From Gammaproteobacteria bacterium (GTDB lineage: Bacteria > Pseudomonadota > Gammaproteobacteria > GCA-002705445 > GCA-002716945): a stretch of DNA of 52,881 nt. Of this stretch, positions 30,001 through 39,806 are shown one piece after another (position 1 is the first letter of the stretch; each line of letters starts with the position of its first letter). Below the pieces are notes generated by a model, which worked only from the letters and a program-made list of their open reading frames with translations, was not told the origin of the DNA and did not search any database. The translations under genes and the position numbers were made by a program. The stretch lies in contig JAURQW010000017.1 in NCBI GenBank assembly GCA_030835925.1, forward strand, positions 1 through 52,881, written 5' to 3'.

Positions 30001-31383
30001 TTGAATATTAATAAAGATATCTTTAGAGCCTATGATATAAGAGGCATATATCCTGATGATCTTAATGAGGAGACTTTCTTATTAATTGGCAAAGCAATAG
30101 GCAAACAGATAACAGAACAGTCAGGTGATCCTAAAGTTAGCATATGCATGGACGGCAGAATATCAGGGCCATCACTCAAACAAAGTCTAATTTCTGGTCT
30201 TACTTTTATGGGCGTGAATGTTATAGATATTGGGTCTCTTCCAACACCATTATTATATTATTCGTTGAAAAAATTAAATATTAATAATGGTCTAATGATT
30301 ACGGGTAGCCATAATCCTTCTAGTTACAATGGCATCAAAATGGTTATAAATAATAAAACATTATTTGATAATCATATCATTGAGATATATAAATCTATTA
30401 TTTCTGATGAATTTAATAAAAATAAGGTTGAAGGTAAATTAATTAAAAATGATGCAGTGCTAGATAGTTATATTAAAGATATTAAAGTCGATATAAATAT
30501 CAAATCTAAGTTAAAAGTATCTATAGACTGTGGCAATGGTATAACCGGAGCCATAACAAGAAAAGTTTTTGGTGCGCTAAATATCAATTTTGAGATTATT
30601 TATGAAAATGTAGATGGGAGCTTCCCAAATCATCCTCCTGACCCAACTGACGAAAGAAATCTACTAGAACTAAAAAACAATATTATAAAAAATAGATCTG
30701 ATATCGGTTTTGCATATGATGGTGATGGCGATAGAATATGCGTCGTGACGAAGGATGGCAAAATGATCTGGCCTGACCAACTATTGATGTTATACAGTAG
30801 AAATATTCTAAAGAATTCTCCTGGCAAAAAGATAGTTTATGATATTAAATGCTCAAAACATGTAGAAAAAGAAATAGTCAAAAATTCAGGTGTTCCTATA
30901 CTATCAAAAACAGGACACTCATTTATAAAGAAAGCTATCATAGAAGAGAATGCATCTCTTGGTGGAGAGATGAGTGGCCATATTTTTTTTGCAGATAGGT
31001 GGGGTGGATTTGATGATGGAATATATGCATCTCTTAGACTGTTAGAGATACTATGCGAAGAAGGTGATAACCTGAATATATTGAATACTTTACCGAAGTC
31101 AATTACAACTCCAGAAATAAATATACCATTTAAGGGAAATAATCATTTTACATTCATGAATTTATTTGCAAAACTAGCAAAATTCAATAATGCTAGTATT
31201 ATTGATATTGATGGGATAAAAATTATTTATCCTGATAGTTGGGGGCTTATTAGATGCTCGAATACAACATCAAATCTTGTGTTAAGGTTTGAAGCTGATG
31301 ACAGAGATGCAATGTCAAAAATTCAATCTTTAGTAAAAGATGAGATATTAAAGATAGATGATAAAATTGAACTACCTTTTTAA
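30001..31383 (+). CDS. algC: Phosphomannomutase/phosphoglucomutase
   Basis: 460 aa with a TTG start. IFRAYDIRG, active-site Ser loop TGSHNP, Mg site DGDGDR and GEMSGH. The coaBC-dut-algC-argB order matches Pseudomonas. Confidence 0.85.
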   Translation: MNINKDIFRAYDIRGIYPDDLNEETFLLIGKAIGKQITEQSGDPKVSICMDGRISGPSLKQSLISGLTFMGVNVIDIGSLPTPLLYYSLKKLNINNGLMITGSHNPSSYNGIKMVINNKTLFDNHIIEIYKSIISDEFNKNKVEGKLIKNDAVLDSYIKDIKVDINIKSKLKVSIDCGNGITGAITRKVFGALNINFEIIYENVDGSFPNHPPDPTDERNLLELKNNIIKNRSDIGFAYDGDGDRICVVTKDGKMIWPDQLLMLYSRNILKNSPGKKIVYDIKCSKHVEKEIVKNSGVPILSKTGHSFIKKAIIEENASLGGEMSGHIFFADRWGGFDDGIYASLRLLEILCEEGDNLNILNTLPKSITTPEINIPFKGNNHFTFMNLFAKLAKFNNASIIDIDGIKIIYPDSWGLIRCSNTTSNLVLRFEADDRDAMSKIQSLVKDEILKIDDKIELPF

Positions 31384-31388
31384 ATAAA

Positions 31389-32288
31389 ATGACAAAAGAA
31401 AAAGTTACATATAGAGATAATGATAATGTTAAACCTAGTACTGCTAGGGTACTCATTGAGGCTTTGCCATATATCCAACAACTATCCAATAAAGTTATAG
31501 TTGTTAAATTTGGTGGAAATGCAATGACGGATGATACATTAAGAAATAATTTTGCAAGAGATATGGTTCTTCTCAAACAAGTAGGACTACATCCTGTCAT
31601 TGTCCATGGTGGCGGACCGCAAATAACGTCCTATCTTAAAAAGCTAGGAGTTGAATCTGAATTTGCAAATGGACTAAGAATCACTGATCCTGAATCCGTA
31701 CATATAATAGAAATGGTTTTAGGTGGTCTTGTTAATAAAGATATAGTCAATTCTATCACGTCGCATGGCGGCAAAGCTGTAGGCCTTTCTGGTAAAGATG
31801 GTGGTTTAATTAGAGCTAAGAAAGTTATTGGGGAAGGTGAGTTTAAGAATATAGATTTTAAAAATACTGGCACAGTCCAAAGTATTGATCCAGAGGTAGT
31901 AAGCCTACTAGATGGTTCGCCATTTATTCCAGTTATTGCTCCGATCGGAATTGGAGATGACGGAAAAACATATAATATTAATGCAGATCTAGTTGCTGGT
32001 AAAATGGCGCATATTCTTGAAGCTGGTAAGTACCTTATTCTAACAAATACTAGTGGCATATTAGATGAAAAGAATAATCTAATTAAATCTATTAACGCAG
32101 ATCAAGTCAGGGCTCTGATACATAAAGGAGTTATATCTAAAGGCATGCTACCAAAGATAGAGTCAGCTCTAGAAGCAGTATCATCTGGTGTCGAACATGT
32201 TCAAATAATAGATGGAACCGTAGATCATGCAGTCTTATTAGAATTATTCACTGATTCTGGTATAGGAACGATGATTCGTAGGTCATAG
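31389..32288 (+). CDS. argB: Acetylglutamate kinase
   Basis: 299 aa. Has VVKFGGNAM, VIVHGGGPQI and NINADLVAG. Confidence 0.9.
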   Translation: MTKEKVTYRDNDNVKPSTARVLIEALPYIQQLSNKVIVVKFGGNAMTDDTLRNNFARDMVLLKQVGLHPVIVHGGGPQITSYLKKLGVESEFANGLRITDPESVHIIEMVLGGLVNKDIVNSITSHGGKAVGLSGKDGGLIRAKKVIGEGEFKNIDFKNTGTVQSIDPEVVSLLDGSPFIPVIAPIGIGDDGKTYNINADLVAGKMAHILEAGKYLILTNTSGILDEKNNLIKSINADQVRALIHKGVISKGMLPKIESALEAVSSGVEHVQIIDGTVDHAVLLELFTDSGIGTMIRRS

Positions 32289-32289
32289 A

Positions 32290-33036
32290 TTGCTAGAGTA
32301 TATATTTCTATTCTTAGTTTCTATAATTTCAAATATTTTTTCAGCCTTTTCTGGCGGAGGCGCGGGCGTTATTCAACTTCCTGCAATCCTGCTACTCTTC
32401 GACATTACATTTATAAATGCATTAACAGTTCATAAAATTGCAACTGTGGCACTTGGCATAGGTGCCACTGCTAAATTTGCAACGAAAATTAGTTTTGATA
32501 AAACTTTAATCATTCAGTTTTTATCAGTAGGTATTCCAGGAGTGATAATAGGCGCGAACATAATAGCGTTAACCAATGAATCGCTAGCTAGAATATTATT
32601 AGGAATATTAATATCATCAATTGGGATATATACAATATTTAAAAAAGAATATGGAGAAGCAAACAGATATAACAACAATGGTAACTATAAAGTATTAGGT
32701 CTAACGCTAGTATTTATATCAGGAATACTTAATGGGTCGCTTTCTGCAGGCACAGGATTATTATTTACTATAATATTAATCTCTATTTATAAGATGGATT
32801 ATAAAAACGCTATTGCATATACACTTATTGTAGTAGGTTTCTTTTATAATTCCATTGGCGCTATAACACTTGGAATGTTAACTGAAATTAACTGGAATAT
32901 ATTACCAGTTCTATTTACTGGATCATTGATAGGTGGCTACGTAGGGGCTAGACTATCCTTGTCCAAGAGTAATCAAACAATAAAGATTATCTATCAGATT
33001 GTGACAATATCAGTCGGAATAAGTCTAATATATTAA
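32290..33036 (+). CDS. TauE/SafE (DUF81) family anion exporter
   Basis: 248 aa with a TTG start. Polytopic protein with the internal two-fold repeat and Gly-rich helices (GGGAGVIQLP) typical of the family. Confidence 0.7.
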   Translation: MLEYIFLFLVSIISNIFSAFSGGGAGVIQLPAILLLFDITFINALTVHKIATVALGIGATAKFATKISFDKTLIIQFLSVGIPGVIIGANIIALTNESLARILLGILISSIGIYTIFKKEYGEANRYNNNGNYKVLGLTLVFISGILNGSLSAGTGLLFTIILISIYKMDYKNAIAYTLIVVGFFYNSIGAITLGMLTEINWNILPVLFTGSLIGGYVGARLSLSKSNQTIKIIYQIVTISVGISLIY

Positions 33037-33675
33037 TTATCTCTTATACTGAGAGATGTACTTCTCCATCTCTGATAAATGGGGAGATAAAGAATTATCG
33101 GTTTTGATATAATCGATTATGTCCTCTAACGTTATAATGGAATATACTTTTACGGAGTGATCTTCATTAAGTTCTTTTGATGCTCGATCCTCATTACCAA
33201 CTTCCATCCTATCAAATGCTACTAAAACTGATGATGGTTTTGCATCATTTTTTTTAAGAAGGCTTATGCTGTCACTTATTGATTTACCCGAAGAAATAAC
33301 ATCATCCACAATTAATGCTTTCCCATTGGGTTTTGTGCCGACAAAGATGCCAGACTCTCCATGAATTTTTGCTTCTTTACGGTTATGACAATATGGCTTG
33401 TTAATATTATGTTTAGTGTACAGTGTCTGACTTATTGATGTTGCTAGTGTAATCCCTTTATACGCAGGGCCAAATACAAAATCATAATCAAGCGAATTTG
33501 TAATTATTGATTCTGAGTAAAAACCAGCAAGGGAACTGAGCAAGCGACCATCATTACATAATCCTGTGTTAAAAAAATATGGGCTTTCTCTGCCGGAATT
33601 TAATGTAAAACTGCCAAAACGTAGTATTTCATGATTTAATGTGAATTCTATAAATTGTTTTTTAAGGTTGTTCAT
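33037..33675 (-). CDS. pyrE: Orotate phosphoribosyltransferase
   Basis: GSFTLNSGRESPYFFN and the PRPP-binding motif ALIVDDVISSGKS. The ATG at 33675 (MNNLKKQF) is preferred over the 21-codon longer track ORF. Confidence 0.9.
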   Translation of the reverse strand: MNNLKKQFIEFTLNHEILRFGSFTLNSGRESPYFFNTGLCNDGRLLSSLAGFYSESIITNSLDYDFVFGPAYKGITLATSISQTLYTKHNINKPYCHNRKEAKIHGESGIFVGTKPNGKALIVDDVISSGKSISDSISLLKKNDAKPSSVLVAFDRMEVGNEDRASKELNEDHSVKVYSIITLEDIIDYIKTDNSLSPHLSEMEKYISQYKR

Positions 33676-33722
33676 CTCAATTTCTAGTAATATAGATATA
33701 TTAACATAGAGTATAAAAAAAT

Positions 33723-34490
33723 ATGGTAGTTTTAACATTAAATGTCTGTGGCATAAGAGCTAGCCAAAAAAAAGGCCTATTTAAATGGCTCAAAACAACA
33801 AAAGCAGATGTTATTTGTTTGCAAGAGGTTAGGGCTACAAAAGAACAGATTGATTTTCAAGAATTTGTGTTACCAGAGTATACAAAATATCAGTCCGAAG
33901 CAGTAAAGAAAGGATATAGTGGAGTATGTATATATAGCAAAGAAAAGAGTACTAAAGTGAGCAAAAACTTTGGGTCTAAAATCTTCTCAGACGAGGGTAG
34001 ATTTATAGAAATTGAATTATCAAAGATAAGAATGATATCTGTATACTTTCCTTCAGGTTCATCTGGTGAAACAAGGCAAAATCTCAAATATCAATTTATG
34101 GAAAAATTTGAAAAATATATGAAAAAAATAAAAAAAAGTAAAAAGCCGACTATAATCTCTGGTGACTGGAATATTGTGCATAAAGAGATTGATATAAAAA
34201 ATTGGAAATCTAATCAAAAAAATTCAGGCTGTCTTCCTAAAGAAAGGGAGTGGCTTGATAAAGTTTTTGATAGTTATGGTTTTATTGATGCATTTAGAGT
34301 TGTAAATAATAAACCTGATAATTATACATGGTGGTCTAATCGTGGAAAAGCGTGGGATAATAACGTGGGATGGCGCATAGATTATCAAGTTATTTCACCA
34401 CATGATACTGTAAAACCAATAAGTGCAAAAATATATAAAAAGAAAAGGTTCTCTGATCATTCTCCATTGATCATAGAGTATAAACTGTAA
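33723..34490 (+). CDS. xth: Exodeoxyribonuclease III
   Basis: 255 aa. Has LNVCGIRA, CLQEV, SGDWNIVH, WRIDY and SDHSP. Confidence 0.9.
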   Translation: MVVLTLNVCGIRASQKKGLFKWLKTTKADVICLQEVRATKEQIDFQEFVLPEYTKYQSEAVKKGYSGVCIYSKEKSTKVSKNFGSKIFSDEGRFIEIELSKIRMISVYFPSGSSGETRQNLKYQFMEKFEKYMKKIKKSKKPTIISGDWNIVHKEIDIKNWKSNQKNSGCLPKEREWLDKVFDSYGFIDAFRVVNNKPDNYTWWSNRGKAWDNNVGWRIDYQVISPHDTVKPISAKIYKKKRFSDHSPLIIEYKL

Positions 34491-34491
34491 A

Positions 34492-35730
34492 ATGATAAAG
34501 AACATAATCTCTTCCGTTAATCCATATCTTAAAAAGAAAATGCTTATTACTCTTTCGATGGGTTTTGTTTCTGGAGTTCCCTTATTACTAACTATTACTC
34601 TGTTACAAGCTTGGTTGACCGATGAAGGTGTTTCGAAATCTACTATAGGCTTATTTGCGTTAGTTGGACTCCCATATTCACTAAAGTTTTTATGGGCACC
34701 AATTTTTGATCATATTACATTATCAAAATTAGGCAGAAGGAGAAGCTGGTTAATAGTGACACAGATTTTATTAATCATAACTATTGTTTCATTGGGTATG
34801 GCTAATCCATCAATGAATGCAATGAATGTAGCTATACTGGCCACTCTAGTTGCTTTTTCATCTGCATCACAAGATATAGTAATAGATGCATATAGGAGAG
34901 AATCTTTGACCGACGAAGAACAAACGATAGGCGCATCATCGTATGTACTTGGCTATAGGATTGGGGCATTAGCTGCGGGCGCAGGTGGTTTAATTTTAGC
35001 TGACTATTTATCATACCAAATGGTATATATGTTTATGTCATCAGTGATGTTTTATGGTTTGTTCATTACTATCATCGCTGAAGAACCAAAACATAACAAT
35101 CAACCCTCTAGTTTTTTCGCCGCAGTTTATAATCCATTCATAGAGTTTTTTAATAGACATGTTTCCTTGTCAGTACCTGTATTGATTCTGTTATTCATTC
35201 TTTTGTATAAAATTGGAGATACTATGGCCCATTCGTTAAGTACTAATTTTTATTTAGATATTGGCTTCACAAAAACTGAAATAGGAACTGTTGTAAAATT
35301 CTTTGGGTTGATGGCAACCCTAGTCGGAGCTTTTGCGGGCGGATTAATATCATTAAGAATAGGATTATACAAATCATTGATAATATTTGGAATATTCCAA
35401 GCTATAGCTACTCTAGGATTTTCTATCCTTGCATACATAGGCTCTAACATATATTTACTCATGACTGTAATATCTCTAGAAAACTTAGCTGCAGGCATGG
35501 GATATACTGCATATTTGGCTTTTATAGCAAATATGACTAACAAAAGGTTTACCGCAACACAGTTTGCGCTTATGACGGCACTTATGTCGTTGCCCAGAAC
35601 ACTTTTTTCTGGCTCTTCTGGGTTCTTGGTTGAATTATTAGATTGGGAGATATACTTTATTTTCTGTTCACTTATTGCATTTCCTGCTTTAATAATACTA
35701 ATGAAATTAAGAAGGAGCTTAAAAATATGA
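34492..35730 (+). CDS. ampG: AmpG family muropeptide MFS transporter
   Basis: 412 aa. The AmpG-like N-terminus is LSMGFVSGVPLLLTITLLQAWLTDEGVS, followed by the SLKFLWAPIFD loop. Topology looks like about 12 transmembrane segments. Confidence 0.75.
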   Translation: MIKNIISSVNPYLKKKMLITLSMGFVSGVPLLLTITLLQAWLTDEGVSKSTIGLFALVGLPYSLKFLWAPIFDHITLSKLGRRRSWLIVTQILLIITIVSLGMANPSMNAMNVAILATLVAFSSASQDIVIDAYRRESLTDEEQTIGASSYVLGYRIGALAAGAGGLILADYLSYQMVYMFMSSVMFYGLFITIIAEEPKHNNQPSSFFAAVYNPFIEFFNRHVSLSVPVLILLFILLYKIGDTMAHSLSTNFYLDIGFTKTEIGTVVKFFGLMATLVGAFAGGLISLRIGLYKSLIIFGIFQAIATLGFSILAYIGSNIYLLMTVISLENLAAGMGYTAYLAFIANMTNKRFTATQFALMTALMSLPRTLFSGSSGFLVELLDWEIYFIFCSLIAFPALIILMKLRRSLKI

Positions 35731-36281
35731 CACGTTTTACTACTGCTGACCTTTGTGATGATAATGCAAATATACAAATAGCAAAACCAATTTTTAAACT
35801 ATTTGGCGAAAATAAAAATTTTTACGGAAGAATAAGGACCGTATCAGTTTTAGATGATAACTCTTATGTAAAAAAATTGGTCGAAGAAAAAGTTGATGGA
35901 GATGTTATGGTGGTGGATGGCAAAGGTTCAACTAAATGCGCTCTTCTAGGTGATAACTTAGCTAGAATTGCTTGTAACAACGGATGGTCAGGATTTATTA
36001 TCAATGGATGTATTAGAGATTCAGAAATAATAAATAGAATCGGAATAGGTATCAAAGCAATTAGTACCATGCCTATAAAAAGTGAAAAAAAAGATGTAGG
36101 TGAATATGGCAAGCCTTTAGATTTTGCAGATGTCATATTTACTGATGGAGATTATGTTTATTCAGACCCAGATGGGATTATAATATCAAAGAGTCAATTA
36201 ATTAATGAGACAGACACCCCTTTAAATAACAGCTTGCCTTACATTCATGTAACATATGTCAAAAAGATGAGTGATGAATAA
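35727..36281 (+). CDS. rraA: RraA family protein (regulator of RNase E activity / putative 4-hydroxy-4-methyl-2-oxoglutarate aldolase fold)
   Basis: Matches RraA along its length (TADLCD, VMVVDGKGS, ALLGDNLA, GFIINGCIRD). The ATG at 35727 follows a GAAGGAG Shine-Dalgarno sequence and forms an ATGA overlap with the ampG stop. The longer track ORF is rejected. Confidence 0.75.
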   Translation: MTRFTTADLCDDNANIQIAKPIFKLFGENKNFYGRIRTVSVLDDNSYVKKLVEEKVDGDVMVVDGKGSTKCALLGDNLARIACNNGWSGFIINGCIRDSEIINRIGIGIKAISTMPIKSEKKDVGEYGKPLDFADVIFTDGDYVYSDPDGIIISKSQLINETDTPLNNSLPYIHVTYVKKMSDE

Positions 36282-36870
36282 TCTACTAATACAATTAAAA
36301 GATATAAGCCTATCTAGAAATGATAAATCGATTATAAGAGATATGTCATTAGATATTAATTCGTCAACTGTTTTAAATATATATGGTCATAATGGAAGCG
36401 GAAAGACAACACTATTAAAAATACTTACAGGAATTACAGAGCCGACGAGTGGAAAAATTATTAATAACATTGATCAATATGGTTCTATTGCCTATATAGG
36501 ACATAAGCATGGTATCAAGAATAATTTAACATTGAATGAAAATTTATTGTATGGGGATAGCGAAAATTTTTATAACCAGAACATGATAGATAAAGTGATT
36601 GGTAAATACAATATGGGCAAATATAAAAACTACTTGGCTAAAAATCTATCACATGGCCAACAAAAAAAGATTTCGCTAATGAAAGCTAATATTTCCTCTT
36701 CACGAATCTGGGTTATAGATGAGCCTTATAGTGCACTAGACAAAGATTCAGTATGTATAGTTGATCAAAGTATTTGTGATCATATAAATAGCGAAGGGGC
36801 CGTCATTATGTCTAATCATGAATTGATTGCAAATAAGCCATTCAATATAAACAATATAGAAATTAACTAA
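36271..36870 (+). CDS. ccmA: Cytochrome c maturation heme exporter ATP-binding protein
   Basis: 199 aa. Walker A GHNGSGKTT, signature LSHGQQKK, Walker B WVIDEP. Directly precedes ccmB. Confidence 0.8.
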   Translation: MMNNLLIQLKDISLSRNDKSIIRDMSLDINSSTVLNIYGHNGSGKTTLLKILTGITEPTSGKIINNIDQYGSIAYIGHKHGIKNNLTLNENLLYGDSENFYNQNMIDKVIGKYNMGKYKNYLAKNLSHGQQKKISLMKANISSSRIWVIDEPYSALDKDSVCIVDQSICDHINSEGAVIMSNHELIANKPFNINNIEIN

Positions 36871-37538
36871 TGAATAGTTTTTTAAAAAATATTAAAAAAG
36901 AATTTCTAATAGCTAGCAGGGCTGGCTTAGAAGTATTGATGCCTGTAATGTATCTTTTTATCATAATGGTATTTTTTAATATATCTATTAGCTATGTAGA
37001 AAAAGATATCATTGTTGAGCTTATACCATTGATGGTTTGGATATCTTGTCTTTTAATATGTGTTTTAAATTTAGAAACAATATTTAAGGAAGATTATGAT
37101 GATGGCACCCTTGATATGTTTGTCATAAATGATAGATATATTGAGAGAGATATTATGGCTAAAGTGATCTCCCACTGGATACTATCAAATTTACCTGTAG
37201 TAATTATTGCGCCCGTGCTGTCTTTAATTCTTGGTCTTGATGTAAAAACAACATATGTTCTATTTATAACTCTTTTAATTGGAACGCCTACAATGAGCTT
37301 AATTGGCTCTATAGCTGCAGCATTAACATTGAGTTTAAAAAAAAATAAGATTTTAATCTCTATAATTGTCTTGCCAATGTATATACCTATATTAATTTTT
37401 GGGACGAGTGCCGTGAATAACTCATATTTTGGAATTGATTACGAATCAGAAATACTGATGATGATAATAATATTTTTAATATTTTTATTAGTATCACCTA
37501 TTGCATGCAGCAAGGCTTTGAAAATAAGCTTAGATTGA
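36870..37538 (+). CDS. ccmB: Heme exporter permease CcmB
   Basis: 222 aa. Collinear with E. coli CcmB as I remember it (FKEDYDDGTLD, LLIGTPTMSLIG, LPMYIPILIFG). Confidence 0.8.
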   Translation: MNSFLKNIKKEFLIASRAGLEVLMPVMYLFIIMVFFNISISYVEKDIIVELIPLMVWISCLLICVLNLETIFKEDYDDGTLDMFVINDRYIERDIMAKVISHWILSNLPVVIIAPVLSLILGLDVKTTYVLFITLLIGTPTMSLIGSIAAALTLSLKKNKILISIIVLPMYIPILIFGTSAVNNSYFGIDYESEILMMIIIFLIFLLVSPIACSKALKISLD

Positions 37539-38255
37539 TTTTATCCACTTTGTTGATTTTTCTCTTTCCAACAGCTCGTTTCTAGATGAGGACAATACTG
37601 CCGCAAGTAAATATGAAGTGAAGCCAATGGTTGTGTAAATAAGCGGATATAACATTTCATTAGCTATTGATGGTGTGCTGAATTTCATTACACTTGGACC
37701 TTGGTGTAAAGTATTCCACCATTCAACCGAAAAATGTATTATTGGTATATTAATAAAACCTACAATAGCAAGTATGTTTGCTGCCTTGGCACCCTTTCTG
37801 TAATCGTCAAACGAATAGTATAGGAAAATAATAGATAAATAAATAAACAATAAAATTAACTCTGATGTTAACCGTGCGTCCCACACCCACCATGTGCCCC
37901 ACATTGGTTTACCCCAGATCGCACCAGTAACTAGTGCCAAGAAAGTAAATAAAGCTCCATTCTTTGCTGACGCGATAGTAAGTATTTCAAAAACTTTAAT
38001 TTTCCAGACCAAAGTAATAAGCGAACAAAAAAAGACAGCTGAATATGCAAAAAGGGATAGCCACGCACTAGGAACATGAACATATATTATCCTAAATGCA
38101 TCTCCCTGCTGATAATCCTGAGGAGCAACGAATAGGCCTAAATATAATCCATATGTAATGAAAATGACTGAAACAAAAAAAGCCCAGGGTATTATTTTTG
38201 ACGAAAAATAATAAAAGTTTTTAGGGGATATATTTTCAAATAATTTTCTAAACAT
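37530..38255 (-). CDS. ccmC: Heme exporter protein CcmC
   Basis: 241 aa. Tryptophan-rich WWD motif GKPMWGTWWVWDARLTSE with flanking conserved His residues (YVHVP, HFSVEWWNTLHQG). It lies on the opposite strand to ccmAB. Confidence 0.9.
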   Translation of the reverse strand: MFRKLFENISPKNFYYFSSKIIPWAFFVSVIFITYGLYLGLFVAPQDYQQGDAFRIIYVHVPSAWLSLFAYSAVFFCSLITLVWKIKVFEILTIASAKNGALFTFLALVTGAIWGKPMWGTWWVWDARLTSELILLFIYLSIIFLYYSFDDYRKGAKAANILAIVGFINIPIIHFSVEWWNTLHQGPSVMKFSTPSIANEMLYPLIYTTIGFTSYLLAAVLSSSRNELLEREKSTKWIKSI

Positions 38256-38417
38256 AGCTCATCTATAGTGATTTATGATACCATAAGTATAACTTAAAAC
38301 TAATGAAAGACACACCAGATAAAAAACTATTGAAAGAATACGAGTGTTCCCTTATTACTTGGAATAAAGGACGTTACGGGAAATATAAAATTCTAAAAAA
38401 AAGAAATAAAAAGGCCT

Positions 38418-39242
38418 TTAACTTATCGATTTCCTCTCGAAAATAATATTATCAATCACTGGTTTCCAGTTAAATGTTGTGTCCGCAATGACAAAAAATT
38501 CGTCATTAAGAAATTTAGAATTCTTATTATATTTCAACCTTTCCATGTTTTTATCAACAACTGAGCCACCCGCTTCTTCTATTAAACACTGTCCAGCCGC
38601 TGTGTCCCATTCATGTGTTGGGCCTAACCTTGGATAAAAACAGCCTTCTCCTGATGCAATAGCTCCAAACTTAAGAGCGCTTGCTTGTTTTATAAATAGT
38701 ACATTTTGAACATGAGTCGAGATTTGATCTAATGTGTTATTATTTATTGATATACTTGTATAAACGTTATTCCTCTCACTGGACATTTTACTAGTTCTGA
38801 TTCTAATAGGTTTTCCAGAACCTTTGATCAAAAATGCACCATAGTCCTGATAAGCGTAGTAAAAATAATCTTGTATTGGGGAATATATTATACCGAGAAT
38901 AGGATACGACTCTTTGATGAGAGAAATACAAATACAAAAATTATTTCCTTTGTCTATATAATTACGTGTCCCATCCAATGGATCAACAATCCAAAAAGAA
39001 TCATGTTTGTCCTGACCCTCGTAGTCTTCTTCAGAAATAATGGGTATTGTAGGCGTTAATTTTTTTAGAGAATCTGAAATAATTATATTAGAGTCAATAT
39101 CTATCTTAGTTACAGGGGTCTGGTTAGACTTGGTAGCAATATCAATATCAGTTTTATGATATTTTTTTTGCAATTCGCCTGCCTTGATACAAGCTTCTTG
39201 AAGTGATGGCAATATTTCTAAAAATTCAGAATTACTTATCAT
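38418..39242 (-). CDS. cysQ: 3'(2'),5'-bisphosphate nucleotidase
   Basis: 274 aa. Inositol-monophosphatase family motifs WIVDPLDGTRNY and WDTAAGQ. The cysQ-nudE adjacency matches Pseudomonas. Confidence 0.8.
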   Translation of the reverse strand: MISNSEFLEILPSLQEACIKAGELQKKYHKTDIDIATKSNQTPVTKIDIDSNIIISDSLKKLTPTIPIISEEDYEGQDKHDSFWIVDPLDGTRNYIDKGNNFCICISLIKESYPILGIIYSPIQDYFYYAYQDYGAFLIKGSGKPIRIRTSKMSSERNNVYTSISINNNTLDQISTHVQNVLFIKQASALKFGAIASGEGCFYPRLGPTHEWDTAAGQCLIEEAGGSVVDKNMERLKYNKNSKFLNDEFFVIADTTFNWKPVIDNIIFERKSIS

Positions 39243-39766
39243 TTGGTTAAGTTACCATAAACGTATAAAGATGCCAGTACTCTGGAATCTATATGAGTGT
39301 TTTTTGACAGAAAATTATCAATATCATCAAAAGGGACTTCAATTGTCTCGAGATCTTCTGGCTCATCACCACATAATTTGGATGGTGATAGGTTTTGAGC
39401 TAAAACAATATGTGTTTTATGATCTATATATCCTGGCGCTAAGTTTATTGTATGTATATGTTCAAGAGAAGAAGATATATAACCAATTTCTTCCTGAAGT
39501 TCCCTATTCGCAGCCTCCAGGATGGATTCGCCTTTATCTATTCCACCTTTAGGAAAAGATAAAGCATAAGCGTCAATTGCAGCAGCATATTCCTTTATAA
39601 AGAACATGGTGTTTTGAGTAACAGGAATGATCATAACAGCACCATTTCCAGTGCCACTAATAACTTCGTATTCTCTTGTGATATTGTTCTTAAACTCAAT
39701 ATCAAGTTTTGATATTTTAAATAACTTAGTAATTGAAATGAGCGATTTATTTTTTATGATTGGCAT
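39239..39766 (-). CDS. nudE: Nudix hydrolase (ADP compounds hydrolase NudE-like)
   Basis: 175 aa. Nudix box GGIDKGESILEAANRELQEEIGY. ATGA-type overlap with cysQ. Confidence 0.7.
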   Translation of the reverse strand: MPIIKNKSLISITKLFKISKLDIEFKNNITREYEVISGTGNGAVMIIPVTQNTMFFIKEYAAAIDAYALSFPKGGIDKGESILEAANRELQEEIGYISSSLEHIHTINLAPGYIDHKTHIVLAQNLSPSKLCGDEPEDLETIEVPFDDIDNFLSKNTHIDSRVLASLYVYGNLTK

Positions 39767-39806
39767 TGTATGATTAAATTTTATAAATGAAATAGTAACA
39801 CACTAT

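Noticed and set aside
31250-32059. Minus-strand ORFs 31250-31600 (116 aa) and 31631-32059 (142 aa).
   Set aside because: They are antisense to algC/argB, whose frames carry diagnostic motifs (VVKFGGNAM, HGGGPQI). No independent signals support them.
35250-35777. 175-aa minus-strand ORF, plus the 28-codon N-terminal extension of the rraA track ORF (35643-35726).
   Set aside because: The minus ORF is antisense to ampG. The rraA extension overlaps the ampG 3' end and lacks RraA homology. The ATG at 35727, with a GAAGGAG Shine-Dalgarno sequence and an ATGA overlap, is the natural start.
38303-38446. 47-aa Lys/Arg-rich plus-strand sORF (MKDTPDKKLLKEYECSLITWNKGRYGKYKILKKRNKKAFNLSISSRK) in the spacer upstream of ccmC.
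   Set aside because: It has no Shine-Dalgarno sequence and overlaps the cysQ 3' end by 29 nt. Its Lys-rich composition is what random AT-rich sequence encodes. It is not CcmD-like, because it has no transmembrane segment. It is kept only as a note.
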